Assembly: GCA_964035545.1 (NCBI GenBank)
Contig: OZ037768.1
Coordinates: 24,213,319 to 24,277,318 of the forward strand
DNA: 64,000 nt
Direction of reading: 5' to 3'
From: Bugula neritina
Lineage: Eukaryota; Animalia; Bryozoa
A program made the position numbers and the translations under genes. The notes beneath the pieces were generated by a model, which did not search any database, was not told the DNA's origin, and was given only the letters and a program-made list of their open reading frames with translations. Positions 49,501-62,800 of the stretch are shown here, piece after piece (the first letter of the stretch is position 1; each line of letters opens with the position of its first letter).

Positions 49501-52500
49501 GACGACTAGAGTTGAAGCTGGTATTGAGGGGCTGGTAGAGCGAGTCCCCTCGAATTATCCGTAGATTCTCTAGCGTCACGTTCTGTACGTACACGTTGGC
49601 AATGAGCACGTAGCCGGTGACCTAGATACAGTAGAACATAGACTATAGTGTATAGAGCATAGAATAGAGAGTATAGAACATAGACTAGAGAGTATAGAAC
49701 ATCGAATAGTGTATAGAACATAGAATAGTGTATAGAACATAGAATAGAGAGTATAGAACATAGAATAGAGAGTATAGAACATAGAATAGAGTGTATATAA
49801 CATAGAATAGAGTGTATAGAACACACTCACTCACCTCACGAATACTGCTGAGGAAAGACAAATCCTTGTTGTAGAAGTCCTGGTGGTTGAGACCCACGAT
49901 CTCCAGATTACCGTCCACATACTGACACCCGGTGTACCGGTTCTCTAGGGCGCTTAGTCTGCTCTGGGGCGTATCACCTATCCCCCGTAACTTGTTACTC
50001 GTGCCCTGACACACATCATCAACTGCAATGAGTCAAGGCTACATATCACAAGTTATTACATAATAGTAGATGTGGGAGTTGCCTTTCCAAAGAGCAGTAG
50101 AGACCCCATATTGTAATACAGTGTTTGAGTTCCTAAATATATAAATATACACAAAGATAAATAAAATTTAATTCTTAAAGACAAAGATATTTTAGAATAC
50201 ACAGAGAGAAGAGGGTAACTGAAGATGGCACTATATCACACCACTATCTACAAGCAAACTACGGTTCATAACATCCCATATCTACTACTTGCTCACAACA
50301 TTGTGAACTATGAAGGGGTTTAAAATCGAAATTGTAAAAAGAGGACATTTTGTTAACCAAATTATTATGACAGAAATAATTTAAGACTTGGCAAAATTAA
50401 TGTTTATTACTAAATCCAGGGACGTATGACCAGTCATGGTCTTAGTGAGTGGGTTACACCCATGTCAGGTTTTACCAGGGTCTCGAGGAAAGTGAAGGTA
50501 AAACTAATAATTATTTACATAATCAACAATATGGCTACCAGCTTCTTCAGTAACTATATGATCAGAGTGAATACTAGTAGTAACTATATGATCAGAGTGA
50601 ATACTAGTAGTAACTATATGATCAGAGTGAATACTAGTAGTAACTATATAATCAGAGTGAATACTAGTAGTAACTATATGATCAGAGTGAATACTAGTAG
50701 TAACTATATGATCAGAGTGAATACTAGTAGTAACTATATGATCAGAGTGAATACTAGTAGTAACTATATGATCAGAGTGAATACTAGTAGTAACTATATG
50801 ATCAGAGTGAATACTAGTAGTAACTATATAATCAGAGTGAATACTAGTAGTAACTATATGATCAGAGTGAATACTAGTAGTAACTATACGATCAGAGTGA
50901 ATACTAGTAGTAACTATATGATCAGAGTGAATACTAGTAGTAACTTTATGATTAAGTTGGTGTCACCACCCAGTTTGGAGTTCACGTACAGTTTATATCT
51001 AAATATACACAATAATATATGCATAGATGTTGGGCAAGCAGCTGGCTGTTTACTAAACTAAAAGGTTAATCAAGGTTGGAAAATTCCTGGCATTTTAAAA
51101 CCCAGTTTTTGTCATTTAATGGAATTCTTGATGTCCCAGGCTTCAGAAATTGTCGTATAGCAATGCTACAACATAGAAAGTATACCAGGGAACAACAGAA
51201 GTGTTGGATAGCAGTGGTGGAGGGTGGCAGAAGTGTTGGGTAGCAGGAGTGGAGGATGGCAGGGGTGTAGGGGGTTAAGAGAGAACCTAGGTTAAACTGT
51301 CAAACCGGCAGGAAAGGCACTGAATAGTATATTTTCTGAACTCCCATAACAAAGAGAAAAGAGATCTTTTAAACGCTCAGTGTGTAGGCTAAGACTTGAA
51401 AGCTAGTAGAAGTTGGCTAAGACAAAACGATAGACTTGAGGTTATTATTATTTGTTATTGATTAGGAATAATTATCAATAACTTAGAATGAGATCAGACT
51501 ATATGAGCATGGATAAGATAGCTTGGATCAAACAGATAAGAGAGAAGATTGTTGAGATAACTCAAGCTTCTCCAATAGAAAGAGAGATAACTCCAAAAAC
51601 TGTACAGTTATTCCTTGGTTATAACATCTCTTGTCTTTGTATGGACAAATCTTTGGATAAGTCATGGTGAATGAGTCACGAATCTTCCTTTTTATCAAGT
51701 GGTTTGACATTAGTGTTTGGAAGAGTTCTCTTAACTAAATGTGTTTTCGAGTAACCAGGGAAAGTTCTCACCAGGTTAATTCATGTGGGAAGGATTTCCT
51801 ACACGCCCACACCCATAATACTAAACAGGGACTCTGGAGTTGAGACAATTCATGCTTTTGAAAAACAAATAAATCAACTGTGAAATCCTACAGCTATGTA
51901 TGATATAATATATAATATACATAATATGATGTTTTATAATATACTATAATATAACATAAATTAGGATAATATAATACATACACCCACTAAAGCCATGCCA
52001 AATTATTAGACAGTATATTAAAAAGTTTATACTAAGCTACATGTCCCAAAAGACAACTCAAATCTACAGCACTTCTGATGTTTAGCTCTTGCCGTATATT
52101 TTCTAACTTATGTATTAAACTATATTATATTACCAAATATTCACCAAGATATATAAATGATCATTAGCCAGTTACTCTGGCTAGCATCATATTTCAACAT
52201 TATTACCATACCATACATAATTTACATGAAGCTTATACCTATGATACTCAATTTTAAATACATGTATGCTGTCAGTTTTATATTTAAAGGAGTGAGTATA
52301 TATTTAATGTTATTATATAATACAAAGTCTACCTGGTATCATATAATACAAAGTTTACCTTTAAGAGACGCAGAGAGAGGAGAGCAAGCTACAGTGAGAT
52401 ATGAAATAATAATCCTTACAGACAGCGGCAACGAACACATTTGGCAGCACTAGATCTAGAAGACTGAAGATATCAACTCACAACCCCCAACCCAGGGTCT

Positions 52501-55500
52501 ACACTGCCCTTCCTTAGGTTACACCTCCGAAGGTGACAACTGAAGAGGTAATTGTGGAAATTGACTATGATTAATGAGACAACGTAACTCATTATTTCAA
52601 CATTTGACGCAACTTGCTGGGAGGAAGGTGTTGAAATTCCAGCACAACCCTCGTGGAAGTGGTGCTAGTACTGGAACAGCTGCAACTCATGCTATAGTAC
52701 GATCAGCAAAAGTTCACCAAATAATTTAATTCAATTAACTTTTTAGCTCTTCAATAAAAATTGTCATGTGTGTGAATTAGAGAATTGTCAGAAGAGAAAA
52801 GCCGACAAGCTAAACTCCACACAGCTTAGCAAGTAGCAACATGGAGGGAGGTTAGGTAGAGCTGTTGGTATGATGACTGGGGTCAGACTGAGTATGAATA
52901 TTCTAGAGACAGCATGACTGCATTTCATCATTTCCTGTTGACTTGATCAGAAAACAATTACAAATCAATTTGTTGGTGTAAGACAAGAGAAGTAAACAGA
53001 GGAAAATGTATGTTATACTGAGTATAGCGCTGTATACTGGCTGGTAATAAAATACCCAGCTAATGCTAATAGCAAGACAGCTGATGCTCGAAGACTTATT
53101 CTGAGGCAGCGGGTTCAATAAATAAGAACACCCTTACAGTAACTGGCAGCAACTACACTTCTGTGGCCCTACGTACAGTTACTACAAGCTTAGAGGAAAG
53201 ATAACTCTTACGGTTTTCAGAGATTCACAAACTCTGATAGGCCGAGATGCAAACCAGGTTTCTGTTACATTTAGATGTTTATCTTAGAGTCAAAATACCC
53301 GAATACTGCATTTCCTGGGTGATAAATCTGGAAACTTTTAATGCTACCAGCTTAAATCCTATTTCCCATCTACTCCAACTAACTAACAAGGCAGACATCA
53401 AATTTTAGACAAAGACAGTGAATACAACTCCAAAGTGATGTACCCCACGCTGTAAAGAACATGAGCTATCTCAATTTCTCCACTAATGCTCCTAAATGGT
53501 AATCCTAGAGCATAGTAAGTGTGAATTCACATTGATCTAGCGCTTCACTCACTGCTAATATTTCACTGCTTTAGTTTACTCTCAGTTCTGGCTTAAAATA
53601 ATTTGAAACAAAATAAATATGGCCACCTTACAGTACAGCTGCATTAGTAACGATTAGAAATAAAGTCTATTCTCAACACTAACAAGACACAGTTGAGATT
53701 GAAAGAGATAAGTAAGTAGCTACTAAGTCTTAAGAGTAGAGAATGAGGTGGGGATATAATAATCATGTTGTAACTTGAGGAATCTTCACTCATTAGTTAC
53801 ATCTCATTACCCGGAGGAGTCAAACTGAAAATAATGGGGAACATGAGCCAATCAGCGGACAGCAAAGTGGCTTGTGGAGTTGGTGATGGGCAAATCATCT
53901 CACTATTGCAGGTCAATAGTTTCCTACTTGTGTTAGATATGTGCTGCCCCCAGGTGGTTGTTAGATAGGTGCTGCCCCCAGGTGGTTGTTAGATAGGTGC
54001 TGCCCCCAGGTGGTTGTTAGATAGGTGCTGCCCCCAGGTGGTGAGGGAGTAGGGAGGATTGTAATATAACTTACAGAGTTGTTTACTAATACTCGGTGTT
54101 TCACAATGCTGGGGTTTGAGCTAGCTGTAAGGGTGGCTGATGAGTGACAGCCTAGTGTGTGCATGCTGCCTTTATAGTGACAGCATGCCAATACATAGCA
54201 CGCTGCCTACACAGTGACAGCATACCTAAAGCCAGGCTAGAATCTACTGTATAATAATGTTATACTGTTCGCCATGCACAGCTGGTAAGCATAGTGAAAA
54301 GTAAGGAACTACAATCCCCACACCAACTGCTAATAAATATATATTACGTTGGAGTATTCATAGATTTATATCAATATGAGAACAAAGTTTTAACAGCTCC
54401 AGAACGTCTGTTTAAATAAAGATCAGTTTAACGTGGCCAGCTTACCAGTTCAGCTACATTACATTACTGCCATCGTATAAACAAGTTAGTCACAAAAGTC
54501 TACAGTTAGTTACACAACTCTACAGTTAGTCACAGAACTCTACAGTTAGTCACAGAACTCTACAGTTAGTCACAGAACTCTACAGTTAGTCACAGAACTC
54601 TACAGTTAGTTACACAACTCTACAGTTAGTTACAGAACTCTACAGTTAGTTGTTAGCCAGAAATCGTTGACTCGCCTATCAAAACAAGTGTCGAGGACAA
54701 AGAACTGATGACACAAATATAATTATTGTACTAAACAGTTGCGTAAACATCCGGGCTCCATGCAGGGTAATTATTCATTCATTAGCAGCACAGATGAATG
54801 ACTTTTTATATCGGTTGGCGATAACTCAAGCAGCGAGCTACGGATACACCATCTCCTGTTCTTGTCAACTACCCACCTCTAGCCCAGTCAGCGTACTACC
54901 AGCCCGTACACAGACACGCTACTAGCAGACGGTAGTTGAGTAACGCGCGAAGACCAACAACCCCAGTGAACTGGATAATTAAAACCACAAGTTCGCAGAC
55001 GACAGCTATCCCAGCGTCCCACTGACAACTACTACGTTACTAATACCTAGCAGGTTGACAATGCCACCTAAACGTGTCTTCTGCAGCACACCCAGCTGAC
55101 CGCTAGAGCTACCGAGTGCATAATAACAGTTTCTTAGACTCGGAGGACAAAAGTGAAACAGCATCAATATCTCGACTCACACATTTAGAGAAAAAGAACT
55201 TTCAACACCACCAGAGCAGGGACAGAAAACACAAGAAAGCACTAGATGTGATGCCGCTATCAGCTATACTGAAGGTTACAGGCATGTTTGCTGACTGCAT
55301 CACCACGTCATCAGCCTACACAATAGCTGACTGCCAGAGTAGCACATTGTTTGATAACAAAACATGTTTCAGTTTGTTTCTACACCTCCTGTTATGTCAT
55401 AACATTAGCTTTAAAGAATAGCATTATGGCCATGTACTTCAGTACTTTTTAAATTGTTTCCATAAAAAATACGCCTTCTTGTAGGGACATCGTAAGTTTT

Positions 55501-55906
55501 AAACGGTGCATTTTACACCTACGGAACTCTGTAAACTTCGATCAGTTTAGGAACTACTACGTACACTCAAGGTGATCAGCAAGACAAAACATTAGGGATG
55601 AAACCAGGATGAGTGGAGTAGTGTGACATTTTGTACACTGACAATACTACTTCTGCCATCAACAACTGATGGACAGGTCAGTGAAGCAGAGAGAGTAATG
55701 GCTGTGAAATCGAATGAAGCATTTCCACACACAAGTTTTTATAACAACTCTTTATTTGAAACATTCTAGTGGATTTGCTGGGTTTAAGGTACAATGCGAG
55801 GAGTGTTATACAAATTACCTGTGAACAGTTGAGTTGAGAGACAGGTTTGACACAGTAGCACAGTGTATATAGATAAACTCAATAAAACATGGCCTGTGGT
55901 AGTCAT
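37523..55906 (-). CDS. EGFR: Epidermal growth factor receptor (ErbB family receptor tyrosine kinase)
   Basis: Candidate signal exon 55906-55819. L1 domain ([28 protein letters not shown]), furin-like Cys-rich repeats, L2 domain and an extended Cys-rich region. [17 protein letters not shown]|GLAVWCC split by intron 44415-44047. Kinase motifs [36 protein letters not shown] and PIKWLALES. Tail with NPEY; stop at 37523. Confidence 0.97.
39540..40095 (-). repeat. 20-bp array spanning an EGFR splice donor (ATGATAAAGT|GTGAGTAGAT)
   Basis: About 27 copies; intron 40085-39503. Confidence 0.95.
41287..42950 (-). repeat. 14-bp array containing TACTAAC, filling an EGFR kinase intron
   Basis: About 119 copies; intron 42962-41278. 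Confidence 0.97.
43127..43850. repeat. 14-bp intronic minisatellite (CTGTATACTCTGTA)
   Basis: About 50 copies filling intron 43915-43107. Confidence 0.95.
44066..44415 (-). repeat. 14 x 25-bp GT..AG unit array in the EGFR transmembrane intron
   Basis: Unit GTGAGATGTTATATAATAGACACAG. Confidence 0.97.
44651..44798. repeat. 17-bp intronic minisatellite (AGCAGACGTACAGAAGA-type)
   Basis: About 9 copies. Confidence 0.9.
45615..45802 (-). repeat. 21-bp array spanning an EGFR splice acceptor (GTGTGTATACTATATTACCAG)
   Basis: About 9 copies. Confidence 0.95.
46510..46828 (-). repeat. 12-bp intronic array (ATATACTGACAC)
   Basis: About 26 copies filling nearly the whole intron. Confidence 0.95.
47490..47635. 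repeat. 23-bp intronic array abutting an acceptor (AGATACAAGCAGACGTTACTACG)
   Basis: About 6 copies filling most of the intron. Confidence 0.9.
47924..48065 (-). repeat. 3 x 42-bp array spanning an EGFR donor
   Basis: Exon end TGTCCCAAAA|GTTAGT is echoed as TGTCCCCAAT GTTAGT in each unit. Confidence 0.92.
49630..49822. repeat. 21-bp intronic array (GTATAGAACATAGAATAGAGA)
   Basis: About 9 copies filling the intron. Confidence 0.9.
50549..50952. repeat. 30-bp minisatellite in EGFR intron 1 (GTAACTATATGATCAGAGTGAATACTAGTA)
   Basis: About 13 near-perfect copies. Confidence 0.95.
53930..54042. promoter_or_regulatory. 4 x 28-bp repeat, each carrying a CTCF-like motif
   Basis: Minus strand CCACCTGGGGGCAGCAC x4. 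The repeat is certain; the function is inferred from the motif only. Confidence 0.45.
54485..54652. repeat. 20-bp minisatellite in EGFR intron 1 (TACAGTTAGTCACAGAACTC)
   Basis: About 8 copies; the sense strand contains ACTAACTGTAG. Confidence 0.92.
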
Positions 55907-57534
55907 CTCTCCTGCGATGAACAAATTCTTCTAGATTTATCTATCCTAAGGCTATATATCCACATACTAACTCCGAGGTGAAAGAACTGGCTGTATTATC
56001 ATGTCTAGCACCATTCACTGGAAAATATTAAAAATACATCAACTAGCAATGGAACTTATTTATTTTTAACACTTTTTATTATTATTGAAACTGTTAACCA
56101 GCATAAAACATTCTAACAGTATAAATAATTAATGGTATATAAATATACACTCTATTATCATATATTTGAACTACAGTACAAAAAAATAGTGAGATGCAAA
56201 CAAGAACAATATTATATATACTCTTTGAAAGATAGAAGACATTAGAGCTGTACATACACGACTGCTAAGTAAATCAAGAGTTATAATTTAGCATGAGTTC
56301 TAGTTGGATGAGCAATAATTAACTCTCAGATTTGTGAGATATAAAAGACAAGAAACTACCACTTTGAGACTTCTGGTGATAAATAGCAGACGCTAGATAA
56401 AAGTGAATTACAGGTATGTTATGGTCAAACAGCTTTGTTATTACACCCAGGTAATAAATCAACTGTAATCCACACCAACAGATTATATCTAAAATCTGTA
56501 GTAGCTGAATATTTCCCTGCAGGCATATATTTTTGATGAAAATAAATTCCACCTAAATAAGAAGCTTTGCGAGATTTCGCAACAGGAAATGATTCAATGG
56601 ATTAAGTGACCAGATAGAAATATTTTAGAGATGATATTATCCCTGCCAAACCCTAACATGTTACAAAGATTTAGCAAAATAAACAAAACACAATATTGAT
56701 AATAAAAATAGGTATTCTACGTCAAATGTTAGTTAATTATCGAAGCTAGCTACAGCAAGCAATGTACGATAATTAAACCACCTATTGGCTATTAAAAATA
56801 AATTTATTTTCTAAATGCACGGTTAATTAAATTTTATTTAATTAGCCATACAGTTTAACCAATCTAGTTTGAAATAAGATAAAATCGTAGATTAAAATAG
56901 AGTGACAGTCAAACTAATGTATTTATATCTAGAGGTAGGTGCAGTAACTGAGAAAATGGGGAAAAAATGAAGGAAATTCACCATTAAAATGAGTTTCTAG
57001 GATATCAGAATGAATAAATTTGAAAATTAGAACACCAACTGGGAGTCAAACACCACATGTTGAAAAGAGGCAAGGCTGAAAACTTACATTAACATTATTA
57101 CCACTAGTACTATCACTATTCTAGTGTTGAATCTCAATAGTGACAGTAATCGTATCGAGACATTCCTAGTTGAGTATCACTGTATGAATATCAAATTACA
57201 TATAGTTGATTAATTGTTACTACTTCTAAACTAAGTCAAATGAGAAGTGGGCAGCTTGTTTTGATTCGGAGAGTATAAAACCATTAGACTTGGTGATTAA
57301 CTAATTCAATTTGTAAACCAAAACAGAAGAAAATTAGTTTTGAAACGAGAAAATACAAAACGTGAAGTTGAACAAGTAACAGGTTACCAGCTAAGAATTA
57401 TCTGACTTTTACTTCAAAAAGAACTAAAACTTACAATACAATATTAAGTTTAACTATTACTAGTAGTATTAGTATTACTATTATATAAACTATTAGTGTA
57501 TTACTACTAGTACTACTAATACTATTACTATAAC

Positions 57535-57770
57535 TATTAGATTTAGTATTAGGATTACTGTTTATACTTCATTAGTTAATGTTGTAGTTATACTAATACT
57601 AATACTAATAGTAATAGTAATAGTATAAGTAATACTAATACTATTAGTATTAGTATTACTTATACTATTACTATTAGTATTAGTATAACTACAACATTAA
57701 GTTTAACTAATGAAGTATTACTATTACTATTAGTATTACTAACAGTATAGTAATACTAATACTTAATCTT
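57535..57770. repeat. AT-rich fold-back (long inverted repeat)
   Basis: 57576-57641 is the reverse complement of 57644-57700 apart from two 6-bp indels; weaker pairing extends outward. Confidence 0.8.
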
Positions 57771-59869
57771 ATACTTCGTCTTCTGTTCTAGTAATAAATT
57801 TATCTGAGAAATAAAGAAATGTAATTATATCATTATTTCAATATTCATCATGGAAAAACCAACGGAAACCACAATTATTAATTTGTGATTATAAATACCT
57901 ACAATTCCGTTATTCTTCTACTACCTCTAGTATTCCATTAATGTCTCTAAAGAAACACCTTGCTTTTGACTTGACACCTACCTAGCCTGGCAATAAAATA
58001 CTAATAAACGTGAGATAGCCTGTGATCCAAAAGACTTTAAAGTTTTTATCGGAACCTATTTTTCGAACGTACTGAGACCAATTTACTGTAGCTAAAATCC
58101 CAAGGACTGTTGAGCAATTATAGTATGGGTGCTTAAGGAGGCTTTTCTTGTTTGTATGTTTCACGGTGTTATACAGAAATGAGGCTAAAAGTCAGTTGCA
58201 GGTTTTACTTTTAAAACTTATAAAATAAATGTATACTATTTGTTAAATATATTTTTCATATTAAAAAAACATTATTAAAATTTCAAATATTTAAAAAAAT
58301 GTATATGTCAATTTATATTTGTAAAAAAGAAAGTTATATGTTATTGTTTACCCTGTTGTGAATATCAACAAATCAAAGAAAAATTCCTCACGCTTCTTTG
58401 AATTTGAATTGCTTTCAGTTCAGCAAGTCACAAATTTTCGAATTGAGTCAACTATCTCCTGTGGCATTACTGTTACAAAGAGAAAATATTTTAAAGCGAT
58501 AAATGTTATGCTAATCAATTAAACTACTATTTTACTAAGATGAATTTTTAAATTAAGTTTCAAATTACTTTAACTTTTGTATTTAAATTTCAATTTATTA
58601 ATATTTGTATCAATATCATTAATTCTAAATTTTATTTTTAATTTTAAAAGTTATGTTCAACGTTATGATCAAAGTCATGATCATATTTTTTATTTAGTTT
58701 TCTAATTTATGTCATCATCACTCACCAAATGATCATAATAGTTGATGAAGTTGATATTCTTTTAATTTTGATTTTCAAAAATTTTGTTTAATTGTGAGGT
58801 TTACTTTAACTTTAAGTTTAACTTTAATCACAATGATAATCTTAAAGTTAATCATAATGTTTTATTTAGTTTTACTAAAACAGTAATTGTAAATGTGAAT
58901 GAGTATACCTTTGAATGCCTTTGAAGATATTAGAACACTTGGTTATGGAAGTGTCTCATTTGTTTTGTAGTGTGGACTTCAGGTTAAGTGGTAATTGTGT
59001 CGATTTTTCAAAATGTAAATGGGAATCTTAAAGTTAATCTTGAAGTAATTGATAATCATGAATACTGAAAGTAAATTATTTGCTTTTAGATTAAAATTAA
59101 AACATAACACTTTTATTTTTGTGGTAATTTTACTTTGAGTCTAGAAAAAATAAAATACTAAATAGCCTGTTAAATATAAAAATTATAATTAATTAACAGT
59201 ATGACATTGTAGTATGAGTAACAATGTGAGTAATAATACAATTACAATATCATTATGAATATGAATCATTATGCATTCTACTGCCTGTACTAAGGTGACT
59301 AAGACATCAATTTACGAGTTAGTGTTACACTCGCACTAATCGTTACAGTAGCACTAATAGTAGCTTTGAGTATAGCTACTAGCTGTAAGAAGTAGTTGGT
59401 CGGCGCTCTCAATTTTGTGACTCATCGCTAAATATTATGAGTGTTGACATTTGATCTACTACTAAAGCTAGATATCAGTATTGCTGTTGGTATTCCGTAA
59501 GTGACTATTGCTATTTACACTCATTATCATGTTCATTATTATTATTATGATGCAAACTAGTAAATGTTATTTTTACTTTGATAATTAAATTATTAAAATA
59601 TTTGCATCGATCATGCCACCATAACAATCCTAATTTTAACAGTATTCAGGTAGTTATACTCAGGTCTGTTGTACAACTTTTACTTTAATTAGTGTGAGGT
59701 TTTGACCTAGGGCTAGATAGCAGTATGGCTGCTATGTATATGTGGGCATTTTTAATTTAATATATACGAGTTCAAGTTGGTTAGTGTCTGTGTTGTATAT
59801 ATTTATACCACCTAATAACTCTACGTTTATGTATCATTTTCCAGATACTGTTGCTGTTAACTTTATGAA

Positions 59870-62800
59870 ATGTCTTCTATGGGTGTAATCAAACCACGCA
59901 CAGCCAAGAAACAAGATGTAAGTTCATTCAGCATTATTCACACACACCACACATATTACAACATAACATCACATTGGCTATAAGATAGATTAAAGTAAGG
60001 TATAATTCTTCCCTATCATATAAAAGACTTGCCAGTGTATTACTGCTATACAGTCATGTTTCAGCAGTATATTGTTATACTGTACTCTCTTTTATAGCCT
60101 ATGAAAAAGCGAATTCCCAGAAACCCCCGATATAAAGATGTTGAGGCTGTTGTTGATTCTGGTATGATACTCATACGATACGATATCATACTAATATGAT
60201 ACGATATCATACTCATACGATATACATACGCTACATTGTTATACTTGCAATACTAGATACTTTATGTCTATTGTGCAAAGTGTATAGTACAAATTGCTTT
60301 CCTTTCCTTTGGTAGACTAGTTTATATGTCACTTTATCAGGCGTAACTTTCTGTATATTTACTGCCATTAGTAGATTGATGTTATGATTTCAGGGTCCAG
60401 TATGACCAAGTATCTTAAAAGACTTGAAGAAATTCGTACAAGTAAGTCCATTTGTTTTACGCAAATTAAATTGTGGTTGCAATTTGTGAGAGTAAAATTG
60501 TATTATATTGTATGTATTTAACATATTATATTGTATGTATTTAATGTAATCCATTACAGTTCTTTAGTCAAAACACACTTTTCTCCCCTTCACTGCATAG
60601 CATGTTGACCAGCTCCTGTATTTCAACATAATATTTGCTTCCCTATAAATAATTTATTCTGATTTATTATTCTACACAGTTGTCCTCTCTCCCCGGGGAG
60701 TGCGGATCTATATAGATATATATTATCCATTGCTCTATAGTCTATAGCATGAATACTGATATACCATGTGATGTTATAGCATGAATACTGATGTATCACA
60801 TGATATTATTTGTTTCTAGACTATAAATACAAGCCAAATGAGTTGTTTAAAAGAATGAAAGTCACTACTTTTGTGCAACTTGTAAGTATTCCTATGAACT
60901 ATTTTGTTTATTAGATTTTCTTGTTTATTTCTTTACTTATATGAGTTTATTGTGCATGTTAATGTATACCAGTTGTATACTTGGAGTACTTATGGGGTAT
61001 TTATTATAGTTCTTTATATTTAATGTATCAATAGTTGTGTAAAGTATTGTAGTATTACTACTGACTGCTTGTTAACCATCCTGTGTCAACTATCTTAGCA
61101 TTTCATTACAGTGTTTCCAGTTATACTAGAAGTAAATAACTACTTAGCTTCAATGTCAGTTTTAGCTAATATGTGGCTTATGTTTAATAATTGCGCATGT
61201 GATATTTGATCAATTGTTTATAGTTGTGTTCACCTCCTGGTATGCTATATGGTATTACTACTACAGTAAATTTTCTGTGTTTCAATGTTTATGCATAAAA
61301 AGCATAGTTTGTTAAACATAAATTTTTACAATATTGAGAGGTTTAAGTTTTAAGTGTTGACATATAATTAATCATAGAATTATTTTCCTAGAATTTAATA
61401 GAAGATGAAATATGATTTGTTGGGGATAGAATTGTGAAAAGCAGAATTGAAATATTAGAACTTCTAAACTATAATAAATTTTAAGCTAGCGATTTTTCTT
61501 CTGTAGATAATACAAGTGTCATCTGTAGACGGGGACATGTTCTTCGATGATCAGAGTGAATGTAAGTTGATAATCAGAGTTGATGTGCAGTTTATTCTCT
61601 AATTCAGAGTTGATATGCAGTTTATTCTCTACTTCAGAGTTGATATGCAGTTTATTCTCTAATTCAGAGTTGATATGCAGTTTATTCTCTACTTCAGAGT
61701 TGATATGCAGTTTATTCTCTAATTCAGAGTTGATATGCAGTTTATTCTCTACTCTGGTCATGTGACTTGCAGTTGGTGACAGGCCGACCACGACAGACAC
61801 AGAGCTTCTCTCTGTCAACGGAGACGCTGCCGGTCAGGTGGATGAGTCAGGGGATGCTGTCAGACAGAGCAGCTCGGAGATGACAAATGGTGGAAGTACA
61901 GCCCGATCTACTCTGCACGGGTATACAGTATATATACTACGCAGTTCATTAAGCAAAACATCATAAAGTATAGACACCCACATGCATTCGCCTGTCATAC
62001 TAGAACTCTTACTTTCTTCTTTACTGGCAGCAAGAACAGGTAACCTGCTGACACATGTCAACTCGCACCAACTCGCTGCTGAAAGACTGGTTTGTGTTCG
62101 CAAATCCTTTCAAGTGCACCTTTTTATTTCCCCAGTCATCTCTCGCTCAGCATACACAGTGTGTTGATGTTACAGCGTGACGCTGCCTCAGCTACGTGCT
62201 GCCGGGTGTTGACTGCATGTGTCCTGGTGTTGTTAGGTTGATCACGGGAGTTGGTGAGTTTGACTTGAAGGAAGGAGTCAACTCGGGGAGTGAGAAGTCG
62301 CCTCCCCCCAACTTCACTCAGCCCGACCCGAACTTAGAGGAGACACCTTTCCTTCTGCTGGACGTGAGAGATGCGGATGAATACAACTTGTGTCACATCA
62401 TATCAGGTAGTATGTCACATCATATCAGGTAATGTGTCACATCATATCAGGTAGTGTGTCACATCATATCAGGTAGTGTGTCACATCATATCAGGTAATG
62501 TGTCACATCATATCAGGTAATGTGTCACATCATATCAGGTAATGTGTCACATCATATCAGGTAGTGTGTCACATCATATCAGGTAGTGTGTCACATCATA
62601 TCAGGTAGTATGTCACATCATATCAGGTAATGTGTCACATCATATCAGGTAGTGTGTCACATCATATCAGGTAGTATGTCACATCATATCAGGTAATGTG
62701 TCACATCATATCAGGTAATGTGTCACATCATATCAGGTAGTGTGTCACATCATATCAGGTAGTATGTCACATCATATCAGGTAGTGTGTCACATCATATC

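Noticed and set aside
50549-50952. CRISPR-like appearance of 28-32 bp repeats (here and elsewhere)
   Set aside because: Units are head-to-tail with no unique spacers, there are no cas genes, and the context is a eukaryotic intron.
13589-55906. Hedgehog-EGFR-CEP41 proximity as a functional signalling or cilia cluster
   Set aside because: Unrelated genes are interleaved and there is no synteny or co-regulation evidence in the window.
58200-59300. Very AT-rich stretch as possible organellar insertion or RNA gene
   Set aside because: No recognisable ORF, tRNA or rRNA motifs.
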